This document shows, in pieces, positions 22,979 to 32,133 of a stretch of DNA of 64,000 bases. This stretch comes from Bdellovibrionales bacterium (GTDB lineage Bacteria > Bdellovibrionota > Bdellovibrionia > Bdellovibrionales > UBA1609): the NCBI GenBank assembly GCA_965219095.1, contig CBDCMT010000001.1, positions 1,600,001 through 1,664,000 on the forward strand, written 5' to 3'. Made by a program: the position numbers and the translations under genes. How positions within the stretch are numbered: position 1 is the stretch's first letter; every line of letters starts with the position of its first letter. The notes under the pieces were generated by a model that saw nothing but the letters and a program-made list of their open reading frames with translations, did not search any database and had not been told where the DNA came from.

Positions 22979-23096
22979 TGCTGGTGTTGAAAGCGACAGG
23001 GGTACACTTGATTCCATTCCGAACTCAAAAGTTAAGTCTGTCAGCGACGATGGTACTGCAGGGGCGATCCTGTGGGAGAGTAGTGCGATGCCAGCT
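22979..23096 (+). rRNA. rrf: 5S ribosomal RNA
   Basis: GCTGGT...CCATTCCGAAC...GATGGTACTGC...GGGAGAGTAG...GCCAGC. Confidence 0.95.
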
Positions 23097-23589
23097 TTTT
23101 TTTATTTTTTCCTTTTTGTCTTAAATTTTTGTTCAAATAACCTAGACTAGAAAGGCTACAGTAACTGTCTGTAGATAAAATCAAATGATCGATAAAATGA
23201 ATCCCCATAAGTTTAGCTCCTTCTTGAATTCTAATCGTTACCTCAATATCTTCTAATGAAGGTTTGAGGCAAGAAGAAGGATGGTTATGAGCTACTAGAA
23301 AACAAGAAGCATTTTTCTCTATGACTGTTCGGAAAAGGTCTCTGGGATGAAAAAAACAGCTATCAACAGTGCCTTTAAAAAGCTTCTTAAGTCCTAAAAC
23401 ATGGTGAGAAGGGCCTAGGGCTATAACCCAGAACTCTTCTACTAGAGAGGAGATATAAGGTTTTAAGAGCAAAAAAGCTGTACTACTTGAAGAACAAATC
23501 ACAGGTTTTTTTCTCACATTTACTTTAAGCTTTGTTTGTATATCTCTATTTTTTATATTTTGAAAGTTCATACTTTCAAGAGGCTGCAA
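23041..23589 (-). CDS. RadC-like JAB/MPN-domain protein
   Basis: EEFW, GTVD...HPRDLF, AHNHPS...PS.ED, DHLIL. The 3' tail overlaps the 5S gene in antisense. Confidence 0.85.
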   Translation of the reverse strand: MQPLESMNFQNIKNRDIQTKLKVNVRKKPVICSSSSTAFLLLKPYISSLVEEFWVIALGPSHHVLGLKKLFKGTVDSCFFHPRDLFRTVIEKNASCFLVAHNHPSSCLKPSLEDIEVTIRIQEGAKLMGIHFIDHLILSTDSYCSLSSLGYLNKNLRQKGKNKKKLASHYSPTGSPLQYHRR

Positions 23590-23648
23590 GATATGAGCCA
23601 GCGTCTCAGACGCTGTGAGCTTTTTGGAAAATTAAATGTGTCAAAAGA

Positions 23649-24358
23649 GGATGTCCCATTTCTCGGTGGAATTCTGTTCAAAAATGGAGCAGATAAGAGG
23701 ACTCTCTGGTGGATTTTTAAGTCCACCTAGGATTTAATAAATATTTAGAATGAATTAAAAATTAAACAAAAGGAGTCCAAAATGAAGAATACAAAAGAAA
23801 AAATATCAATTCAAGAACTATCGGATCACAAGGAGATTCAAGATGCTGTTCATAACTATATGAAGCATAGAATTCTTGACGTAATCTACCGGATATTTAA
23901 TGACGAAGTCACTAAGCTCTGTGGTCCACTATACGATCGAGAGGAAGAATGCATGCGAAATGGAAAAGCGATCCTGGGTCTGTTTATGCTCAAGGACAAA
24001 GAGTTTCGATTCGAAAGCCCAGAGTTAAAAAAGACGGAAAAGATGTCAAACTGCGAACATACTCTGCTTTGAGAAACTACGATGTTTTCACTGAAAAGAT
24101 TCAGAACCACCTTCTCCATGAAGTTTCAACAAGGGACTACGATCCTCTTTTAGAGGAGATCTCTGGTGGCACAGGAGTTAAGAAGAGCTCTGTTTCTAGA
24201 GCTTTTGTAAATTCCTCTAAGAAGGCTTTGGATGAGATGAACTCTAAGGGCTTGTCTGAGCATGAGTTTGTTTCAGTCATGATAGATGGAGTAGGCTTTG
24301 GAGATCGTACAGTGGTGCTTGCTTTAGATATCGACGTGAAGGGCAAAAAACACATTAT
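23649..24358 (+). pseudogene. IS256-family transposase, frameshifted and truncated
   Basis: LCGPLY.R, PRV, VSTRDY, KSSVSR.F, VMIDGV.F, LDID..GKK. Truncated by an IS982 end. Confidence 0.85.
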
Positions 24359-24359
24359 A

Positions 24360-24659
24360 ACCCGAGTTTCGACTTTTTTCAGGGCTAAAGGCTAGCTAAT
24401 ATAAACAAATACCTCAGACTTTTGTAAGATTTTCTTGAAAAAGCAACTTACAAGAAAAAACACCTTGAGAGTTATAAAAAAACATACAAGGAGGTCTAAG
24501 ATGTTTAATTCTAATTATATCATATCAATTTATGTTCTTGTCGATGATTTTTTAACCCCTCTCATACAGCAGCATCCAGAACTGGTTCCCAAAAATAAAG
24601 GAGGTTTTTCTTGTGCTATGTCTCCCAGCGAAATTGTCACTCTTTATCTTACTTTTCCA
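24360..24659 (+). mobile_element. IS982-family 5' fragment
   Basis: End ACCCGAGTTTCGACTT; ORF MFNSNYIISIYVLVDDFL..MSPSEIVTL. Cut by an IS66 end at 24660. Confidence 0.8.
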
Positions 24660-24708
24660 GTAACTGCTCACTTACATTGTTCAGTAGATTATGAATTGGC
24701 TTTGAAAG

Positions 24709-24734
24709 GTAAGTCGGTTATATGACCGACTTAC
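24709..24734. repeat. 26-bp near-perfect palindrome of IS66-type MITE ends
   Basis: GTAAGTCGGTTATATGACCGACTTAC; arm matches 25872 and 48865. Confidence 0.8.
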
Positions 24735-24856
24735 GGACTTTCTTATTTTTTACAGTTACACAATTTAGCTTGCAGGCTCAAAAAAACTACACTAATACCT
24801 TATAACCCTACAATACCCTATACACCAAACAAAATAAATTGATTAAAAACTAAAGC

Positions 24857-25327
24857 TTATTGCTTATTACCTTGAATATTGTTTTGAGAACCTGGAAGCT
24901 CAAAGTTATTAGGCAATTGCTCTGAACTGTTTTTAGGAGCATTATAGTTTTTAGCCGCAGAAGCTACTTTTTCTTCAATACTAGGCTCTGTAACTTCCTG
25001 CTTTACTTCCTTTTTATGACCTTCTTTAGCTCTATGGGAGATAACACCTAGTTTGATGAAGTAATCCGTAATACTGCTATCTCCATTTTGAATCACATCT
25101 CTTAAAACTTCTACAGGAGCATAACTTTTTGATTTAAAGACGATTTGGGTTAAAGTAAGTGCCGTTACGTTTTCTTTCGTTTTGTTATCTATCACAATAA
25201 TATCTTCATTTTGTCTTATCATTTTTGCGATATCATCTAAAGTCACATAACAACTTTGTTCAGTATCATATAGTTTCCTATTTTGATACTTTTTAATGAT
25301 CTTTGTTTTTTTTGTCATATCTTTCAT
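24857..25327 (-). CDS. PhaR-like polyhydroxyalkanoate synthesis regulator (DNA-binding domain)
   Basis: IIKKYQNRKLYDTEQSCYVTLDDIA...D..T.E.VT..TL.QI. Confidence 0.9.
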   Translation of the reverse strand: MKDMTKKTKIIKKYQNRKLYDTEQSCYVTLDDIAKMIRQNEDIIVIDNKTKENVTALTLTQIVFKSKSYAPVEVLRDVIQNGDSSITDYFIKLGVISHRAKEGHKKEVKQEVTEPSIEEKVASAAKNYNAPKNSSEQLPNNFELPGSQNNIQGNKQ

Positions 25328-25617
25328 CACTACATCCTTTCTTTTATTTACCGAAAAGTTTATAATTTTGCTTTTTTCTTAACTATTTAATTACCCTCCT
25401 TTCTTACGCAAAATCTCACCTTTGTCTAGTTATTATAATATTTAGATGCAATAAGTCAAATTATCTTTTGAAGTTTGAAAAGAGTCGTTACTTTTCTAGA
25501 AAAATGAAAATGAGAACAGTTTGAGATAAAAAAGCATTCTCATCTAGCCCTATTTTCACTCTGGATTGTGATTTTTATAGGATTTAAGCTTTTAGAAGTT
25601 TTTTCCGAGACTGCAAT

Positions 25618-25833
25618 ATGGGAAATATAAGGCTTTTTTTTCCAAAAAAAGAGAAATCTCCTTATAAAACCTGGGATCTGTTTCTGGTAATTTTGAGCTT
25701 TTTGACCTTGATTTTCATACTTTCTGTAGTTTTTTTGACTCTAAGGAATTCTTATAAAATTTCTTCATCCCAGCTTAAAAATGATATGAAAATTCTAGCT
25801 TATCAAATAGGTAATACCAATTACAGAAATTAA
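25618..25833 (+). CDS. Small membrane protein, probably truncated by the IS630 end at 25815
   Basis: One TM segment; the last codons derive from the IS terminal repeat. Confidence 0.45.
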   Translation: MGNIRLFFPKKEKSPYKTWDLFLVILSFLTLIFILSVVFLTLRNSYKISSSQLKNDMKILAYQIGNTNYRN

Positions 25834-25871
25834 TTCGACGGTAAATCAAAAAGACAGGTCACTGGTTTAAG

Positions 25872-26130
25872 GTAAGTCGGTTTTTTAACAGCCCTTGACT
25901 CCTATAAGAAGATGTTTCTTAGATTTTAAAGGAGAAGTTTTTATTGATCTTGTTGTAAAACAAGCTTGAACAAGCCTGTAAGACGTTTTCCTAAGATCTT
26001 CCCCGTTACAAAAGTATTAGAGATAGAATAATTCTTAGTTTTTTTTTTCGTATTGTGATTTTCTTTGTGCTTTATTTTTTTAAGAACCCCCTCCTTATAG
26101 GAGTCAAGGGCTGTCAGACAACCGAGTTAC
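25872..26130. mobile_element. 259-bp non-autonomous IS66-type MITE
   Basis: ~37-bp TIRs GTAAGTCGGTT..ACAGCCCTTGACTCCTATAAG; 8-bp TSD GGTTTAAG. The empty site is seen at ~50655-50670. Confidence 0.93.
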
Positions 26131-26138
26131 GGTTTAAG

Positions 26139-26862
26139 CCATGATAGTGACCCTAAAGTACTTGCAGAAGGAGGTGAGCTTTTCGAGACAAATTCTAAAC
26201 CCTTTAGCTGGCCTGGTTTTTAAGGCCTCAAAGGGAAAAGCAAAAAAAAGATGTAAAATAGGATTTCAAGACTTTATTTATAAACAAACCAACAAAGGAG
26301 GAAAATAAAATGTATGATCACTATATAGCCGTAGATTGGGCACAAAGTAACATGGCCATTTCAAGGATGACAGGCAAATCAAAAGATATTAAGACTATGG
26401 ACACGATTTCAGATCTTGGGAATCTTCGTGCCTATTTAAAAACTCTGAAAGGTAAGAAGATATTGACTATCGAAGAGACTACAACTTCGATAGTGGTTGT
26501 ATTCAGAATTAAAGGATAGTGTTGATGAGTTCATAGTCTGTGATCCTCTTCGGAACAAACTTTTAAGTGAAGGGGCTAAAACTGATAAAATTGATGCTGA
26601 AAAACTTGTTTTATTGTTACGCTCTGGCCTTTTGAAACCAGTTTTTCACTCAGGTGATGAATTCATTTACCTTCGTAAGATTGTCAGTGGGTATGAAGAT
26701 GTGGTTAAAAGAGGAGTTCGTGTTAAAAGCCAAAGATCAGCGATAAAGCTATCAGTGCTTATGGGGAGGAGAAAGCATGTTATGAAGCAGAGTTTAAGAG
26801 GCTAAGTAAAAAACACAAAGATATTAGAAATCTTAGTAGCATTCCAGGAATTGGTTCTATCA
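26139..26862 (+). mobile_element. IS110-family element 5' part (non-coding left end plus frameshifted DEDD recombinase pseudogene)
   Basis: YIAVDW, TIEET, KTDKIDAEKL, SIPGIG motifs; duplicated at 49887-50660. Confidence 0.85.
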
Positions 26863-28137
26863 AGTTACAAAGTAGAAAGAAGTGCCAACATCAAGACAAA
26901 ATTATTGGCTTTGCAGCATATGCAAGAAGGAAAATCGATTCAAGAAACAGCAGGTATGGTTTTGTATCACCGTCACAGTATCAAATCCTGGTTACAGTCT
27001 TTTTTTGTAGACTTTGATTACGAGGGATTGATAGATCGAGAAGGCAGAGGACGCAAGCCTCGTTTGCCAGTAACAGAAGAAGAGAACTTCAAAATCAAGT
27101 TAGATGAAATTCAAGACAAGAGAGAAGGAGGAAGCATAGGAGCAAAGGGAATACAGGAACTTTTAGCAGATGAATTTGACTGTTGCTATTCTCTTTCTGG
27201 GGTTTATGTTTCTTTAGACCGTCTTAATATTGTATGGATCAGTGGTCGTTCTCTTCATCCTAAAACTTCACAAGAAGCTATGGAACAGTTTAAGGAACAT
27301 TTTCCAGAAGAGGTGGAGAAAATAAAGGAAAAGATTCAGACTCATAAAATAGAGATTTGGTGGCAGGATGAATGCAGAATAAGCTCAGCAAGGTTCTTTG
27401 AGTAGGATTTGGGCAAGAAAAGGCACACGGCCTAGAGTTGTGAGACAAAGACAATTTTTATCCACTTATATTTTTGGAGCAGTTTGTCCGGATAGAGATA
27501 AAGGCTGTGCTTGGATCTTACCGGAATGTAATTCAGGGATGATGCAAATTCACTTAGATGAGATATCTAAAAATATTCAAGAAAACTATCATGGAATTGT
27601 TTTAATGGACAGAGCCAGTTGGCATACCACAGAGACTTTGATAGTTCCTAAGAATTTATCCCTGATGCCTTTACCTCCTTATAGTCCAGAATTAAATCCC
27701 ATGGAACAAGTCTGGCAACAATTACGAAGGATCAAATTATCGAATGCATGTTTTAAAAACTATGACCATATACTGAATACTTGTTGTGAGGCCTGGAATA
27801 CTTTTTGCGATCAGGAGGGCAGGATTAAAAAATTATGCACTCGATCTTGGGCAAAACAACAAGATGAATCAAGCTTGTAAATTAATTTGAACCTATAAAT
27901 TAAATTGTTTAACTGATTTTTGTCATTTTAAATTTTACCCTCACTTTTTCACTTATTTTAACCCATCAATCGATTCACACAACAAATAGATATACCTGAA
28001 ATAAACATATCTTATGAAAACTCACCTCCCCTCAAAAGAAGTTTTTTTAAAATCTCCTAACTGAAGCTTTTCCTTAAGTCAATTTTAAAATTTTAAATTT
28101 GAACATGAAAATGTCGAATTAATTTCTGTAATTGGTA
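26863..28137 (+). mobile_element. IS630-family element, 5'-truncated, frameshifted (ORFs 26851-27405, 27398-27880)
   Basis: WWQDE, MDRASWH, LPPYSPELNPMEQVW motifs; right end GTCGAATTAATTTCTGTAATTGGTA. Confidence 0.93.
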
Positions 28138-28432
28138 TTATGTACATAATCCCCCCCTATAAATATGAACATACTAAAGACACACTATGTTGTCAAGCAA
28201 AAAAATACCAATGAAATCAAATAGTTATAAATTTAATCCTTTCTTGAAGGCGAACTCAGGGGGGGGGAGGAATAAATTCAACTGCCCTTTTAAAAAAATG
28301 GACTGAGTTAAAAAAGTGGGATTAAAATAAAGACCAAAAGCATGTAAAATTTGCAAAAAATTCCAGACGTTTGAAAGGCTGAAAAGACTTTTATCAGATT
28401 TCAAAATTTGAAACAGTTTATTTTATTTTTTG

Positions 28433-28483
28433 TTGACAGTCTGTTTAAAGTAACGTACAACCTAAGTCTAACGTAATACGTTA
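28433..28483 (+). promoter_or_regulatory. Sigma70-like promoter with a TAACGTA operator-like inverted repeat
   Basis: TTGACA-17bp-TACAAC. TAACGTA-A-TACGTTA at 28469-28483 and an extra TAACGTA half-site at 28451. Confidence 0.6.
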
Positions 28484-28519
28484 AGAAAATGAAATAAACA
28501 AACATAGAAGGAGGAAAAA

Positions 28520-28990
28520 ATGAAAGACAAAAAAATAAGTAAATTAAGTGTAATCACGGCCTATTTGATAATAGGACTTGTAATTCTGGGAAATGCAAGC
28601 AAAGCCACAGCAGAGGCAGAAACTGATAGCTGTAATAATGTTTTAACCATACATGTAGGCTCATGTATTCCTAAAGGCTTTGAATCTAAAGGTTGTCATA
28701 GCTATTCGTTTAGAGAAGGCTATTGGTATAATAGAGGGAAATTAGATTCAACGTACTTAGGAACAAACGCTTATATTCCTGTCATTGAAAATTATATGAT
28801 TATCAATATGAAATCAGGAGATGTTATTAAAAAATACACAAAACAAGTAATTAGGGACGTAGGATCTGAGAGGCATTATTTTGGAACAAGGCTATCCGAT
28901 GAAAGAATAAAGAAAGACTTAGATGCACTCATCACTAGATGTAAAATAAAGAATAAAATAACTTTAAACGAAATGCCTAGATGTGATTAA
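28520..28990 (+). CDS. Hypothetical secreted Cys-containing protein
   Basis: Strong RBS AGGAGG; signal peptide ending ..KATA. Confidence 0.8.
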   Translation: MKDKKISKLSVITAYLIIGLVILGNASKATAEAETDSCNNVLTIHVGSCIPKGFESKGCHSYSFREGYWYNRGKLDSTYLGTNAYIPVIENYMIINMKSGDVIKKYTKQVIRDVGSERHYFGTRLSDERIKKDLDALITRCKIKNKITLNEMPRCD

Positions 28991-28992
28991 AA

Positions 28993-30333
28993 TTGAATGT
29001 CTTAATGAAATATTTAAAAATATTTATCTTAATACAAATAGCTTTTGAAGGTTTAGTGCCTTCAAAAGCTTTTGGTATTCCTCAACACAAAGGAAGTGCT
29101 CTTGAGAGACCTTTTCATTACTCTGATCAAGAAACAGGAGCTGCAAATGTTATTTTAGTAGAAAAGAAGTATTATCTTTACGACCTCTATGAGTTTGGTT
29201 TGCATCTAAGAAAACCTCTGAAACCTGTTGAAGACAGAATGGGGATTTCTATAAAATTAGCTGATATGCTTCCTAAAAAACTTATTACAGAGCCTCAAGT
29301 TTTTAACTCCATTGTCTACATTTTAAATTCCATCTACGACAAATCACCTGAGGTGGCAGAAGAAATTATGGGAGCTTGGAAGTCCTACAATAATTGGTAT
29401 TATATCGATGATGATATAACTAATATCCATGATATTGATAGCTCTCCTCGAAATAAAGAACAAATACACACTATACTTTTTAGAGATGATAAAAAAAAGT
29501 TCATTGTTATAGAAAAGCCTGTTTTTAATCTTCTCCCCTATCTTCACAAAGCAGCCTTGTTCTTTCATGAAGCTTTTTATATACTCTCTAAAGACAAAAG
29601 CTCTTCAGATCATGCTCGCTATTTTACCAGCTTTATCTTTCAAGAAAACTTTTCTAAAGTTTCTTATGAGAAATTTATAGAACAATACGCTCATTTAACA
29701 CAAAAAAACAAATCTTCTTTTTTAACAAAAAAACAATGGGATCATCTTTCCACAAAAAAATATAGAAAGGCCTGTTCTCAAGAAAGAAAAAAACTTCAAT
29801 ATTTAGCCGTACAATTTCATGAAGCCTTTCATCATTATATATCTCAAATTCTGAAAATCAATTTCAAAACAAAACAACCCTTAAAGGCTTATCTTCCTAA
29901 TGGAGGAGACGTTCTAGAATATGATTTAACATCTTCTGTTGTAAAAAGACTTCCTCCCACTCTGCTTTACTTTTCTATAGATAATATCGATTTAGAGATT
30001 TCTCCTTATAATATTAGAGTTCCTCAAAACACTCATCTTCACTTAACAAGACATTTTTTCTATGATAGCAAAGAGAGTTCTTGTCTTCTTTTTGATGTTG
30101 ACTTTATGGTTTATTTTGAAAAGATAAGGGATCAAGCTAAGAAGCAGAAGCAATTTGAAAAAGACAATCTCATGGGACGTTGTTTTGTGAAAAAAGATTT
30201 AAAGGTGATCAACAACTTAAAAACTCTTCAAATTTTCAAAGAGAAGATAATACAATCTAAGAAGTGTTCTCAAGGGGAGTTGTTTCATCTCAACCCAATT
30301 TTAAAACAGTTCGGTGAAAGCAATGGACCTTAA
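28993..30333 (+). CDS. Hypothetical secreted protein with an FFHEAFY (HExx-like) motif
   Basis: Long ORF with a signal-like N-terminus; tightly packed between its neighbours. Confidence 0.75.
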   Translation: MNVLMKYLKIFILIQIAFEGLVPSKAFGIPQHKGSALERPFHYSDQETGAANVILVEKKYYLYDLYEFGLHLRKPLKPVEDRMGISIKLADMLPKKLITEPQVFNSIVYILNSIYDKSPEVAEEIMGAWKSYNNWYYIDDDITNIHDIDSSPRNKEQIHTILFRDDKKKFIVIEKPVFNLLPYLHKAALFFHEAFYILSKDKSSSDHARYFTSFIFQENFSKVSYEKFIEQYAHLTQKNKSSFLTKKQWDHLSTKKYRKACSQERKKLQYLAVQFHEAFHHYISQILKINFKTKQPLKAYLPNGGDVLEYDLTSSVVKRLPPTLLYFSIDNIDLEISPYNIRVPQNTHLHLTRHFFYDSKESSCLLFDVDFMVYFEKIRDQAKKQKQFEKDNLMGRCFVKKDLKVINNLKTLQIFKEKIIQSKKCSQGELFHLNPILKQFGESNGP

Positions 30334-31114
30334 GAAACCTACATCAAATCCTCCCGAGCCATATGATTTCTCTACTCTCTTAAGAAATGAATTCATGAAT
30401 CGTTGTCGGAAAAATAAAAGCTACTCTTTACGTGCTTTTTCCTACTCTTTAGGCATTTCTCCTTCCACTCTCTCAGGCTTTATGAATAAAAAACGGCCTT
30501 TGAGTAAAAAATCTATGTTCAAAATTGTAAATGCATTAAACTTAAGCCTTGAAGAAACAAAGAAATATGCAAATAACGAATGGCTTGGTTCTAAAAAACT
30601 CCCATCTTTTCAATCCATTAATTTAGATATTTTTACAGTTATCAGTGAATGGTATCATTTTGCTATTTTAGAACTATTTAATATTAAAGGTTTTGATACT
30701 TCATACAAATCTATTGCACACACTCTTAACATCACGCAAATGGAAGCCAAATTTGCTCTAAGAAGACTTGAAAAGGTCAACCTTGTAGAACCCAATAAGG
30801 AGGGAAAGCTTCAAACCACAGGACAGGGTTTTAATTCTTATTTACAAAAAGACTTTACTAACTCAGCATTTAAAAAACTACACGCTCAATTATTAGAAAA
30901 AGCTACATTGGCTTTAAATGAAATTCACATACAAGAAAGAGACAGCACAGCGATCACTATGGCGGTCCGCCGAAGAGATATGCCTAAAATTAAAAAGAAA
31001 ATAGCTTTTTTTCGTAGAGAGCTATCTAACTTTTTAAAGGATAAAAAAAATGCTGATTCTGTCTACCAATTGGTCATTGACTTTTTTCCCTTATCTAAGA
31101 AGATAGAAAAGTAG
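30314..31114 (+). CDS. TIGR02147/DUF4423-type HTH protein
   Basis: N..YSLRAF...LGISPSTLS..M..KRPLS HTH, WYHFAILEL, ERD.T.ITMA, VYQL.I.FFPL. Confidence 0.85.
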   Translation: MKAMDLKKPTSNPPEPYDFSTLLRNEFMNRCRKNKSYSLRAFSYSLGISPSTLSGFMNKKRPLSKKSMFKIVNALNLSLEETKKYANNEWLGSKKLPSFQSINLDIFTVISEWYHFAILELFNIKGFDTSYKSIAHTLNITQMEAKFALRRLEKVNLVEPNKEGKLQTTGQGFNSYLQKDFTNSAFKKLHAQLLEKATLALNEIHIQERDSTAITMAVRRRDMPKIKKKIAFFRRELSNFLKDKKNADSVYQLVIDFFPLSKKIEK

Positions 31115-31417
31115 TAACTTCTTGGCACATTTCATATCTTTTTCCAAATGAAGCTCGTCTAAGTGGAACCTTAGCCCTTTATCTGATAAAAAACTTCCTA
31201 TACTGATGTCAAGACTTTTTTAAGTTTGCAAAATGAAAAAAATAGCCTTCTCAAAAGAATTCGTGGGTTCCCATTTAAATACATCTGAATCACGGCCAAA
31301 AAGTTTCTATAAAAATAAAAAGTTGTATGCAGTAAAAGCATTTAGATTTTCTACCCATTTCCCCTATGAGGTTATGATGGAAAAATGGTTGTACTGGATA
31401 AGTTAGGAATAATTTTA

Positions 31418-31831
31418 TCATATTAATTTTAATAAATTAGACTGATTACCCCTAGCAAAATTTAAAGGTAAAGAAGAAATACTTTTTAACCTTTGATTTG
31501 AAATATCAACGTATTCTTTGTTCATTTCAATAGCTATGAAGTTTCTGTTTAGCTTCTTGCAAGCCACAGCAGTTGTTTCACTTCCTGAAAAAGGATCCAA
31601 AACTAATGAACCTTCTCTTGTTGTTAGAGCAATTAAATACTCACATAAAGATAGAGGTTTAACAGTTTTATGATTATTAAAAGTACCTCTTTCATTTTTG
31701 CTAGGTTTTCCAGTTAAAAAAGCCCTATCAATAACTTTACTTATCTCCTCACTAGATAAAACATTAGAAGGAAACATATCTTTTTTTGAGCCCTGCTTAA
31801 GATTTGTATTCACTAAGGAGATATTATGTTT
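31418..31831 (-). pseudogene. C-terminal fragment of an N4/N6 DNA methyltransferase
   Basis: H.TVKP..L..YLI, VLDPFSGSETT (the SAM-binding GSGTT is altered), IAIEMN..Y...R. The 5' part is replaced by an ISL3-end palindrome. Confidence 0.85.
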
Positions 31832-31869
31832 GGCTCCTCCCGGGAATCTGTGGGTTCCCGGGAGGAGCC
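31832..31869. repeat. 38-bp hairpin formed from ISL3 ends
   Basis: GGCTCCTCCCGGGAA-tctgtggg-TTCCCGGGAGGAGCC (perfect 15-bp arms); related to the ISL3 ends at 7984 and 54606. Confidence 0.85.
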
Positions 31870-32133
31870 TAAAAATACAGGCTTATACCAATTGCAGAAG
31901 GTAAGGTTTTTGTACTTTCTTTAGGACCTAATAAAAAACGAAATACAAGCTCCTCTGATTCCTCAGCTTGTTATGATGATCTTCTTGTATTTTATTCCTT
32001 GGATTTTTTAGAAAGATAACACAGTAGATCGTCTAGGTTTTACAAGTTTTTGTCAATATTTTAACCAACAACTCCGATAAAGGGCTAAGCAAAACTGAAT
32101 GATGATCATATTAAGACAGAAAGGTTGTTTAAA

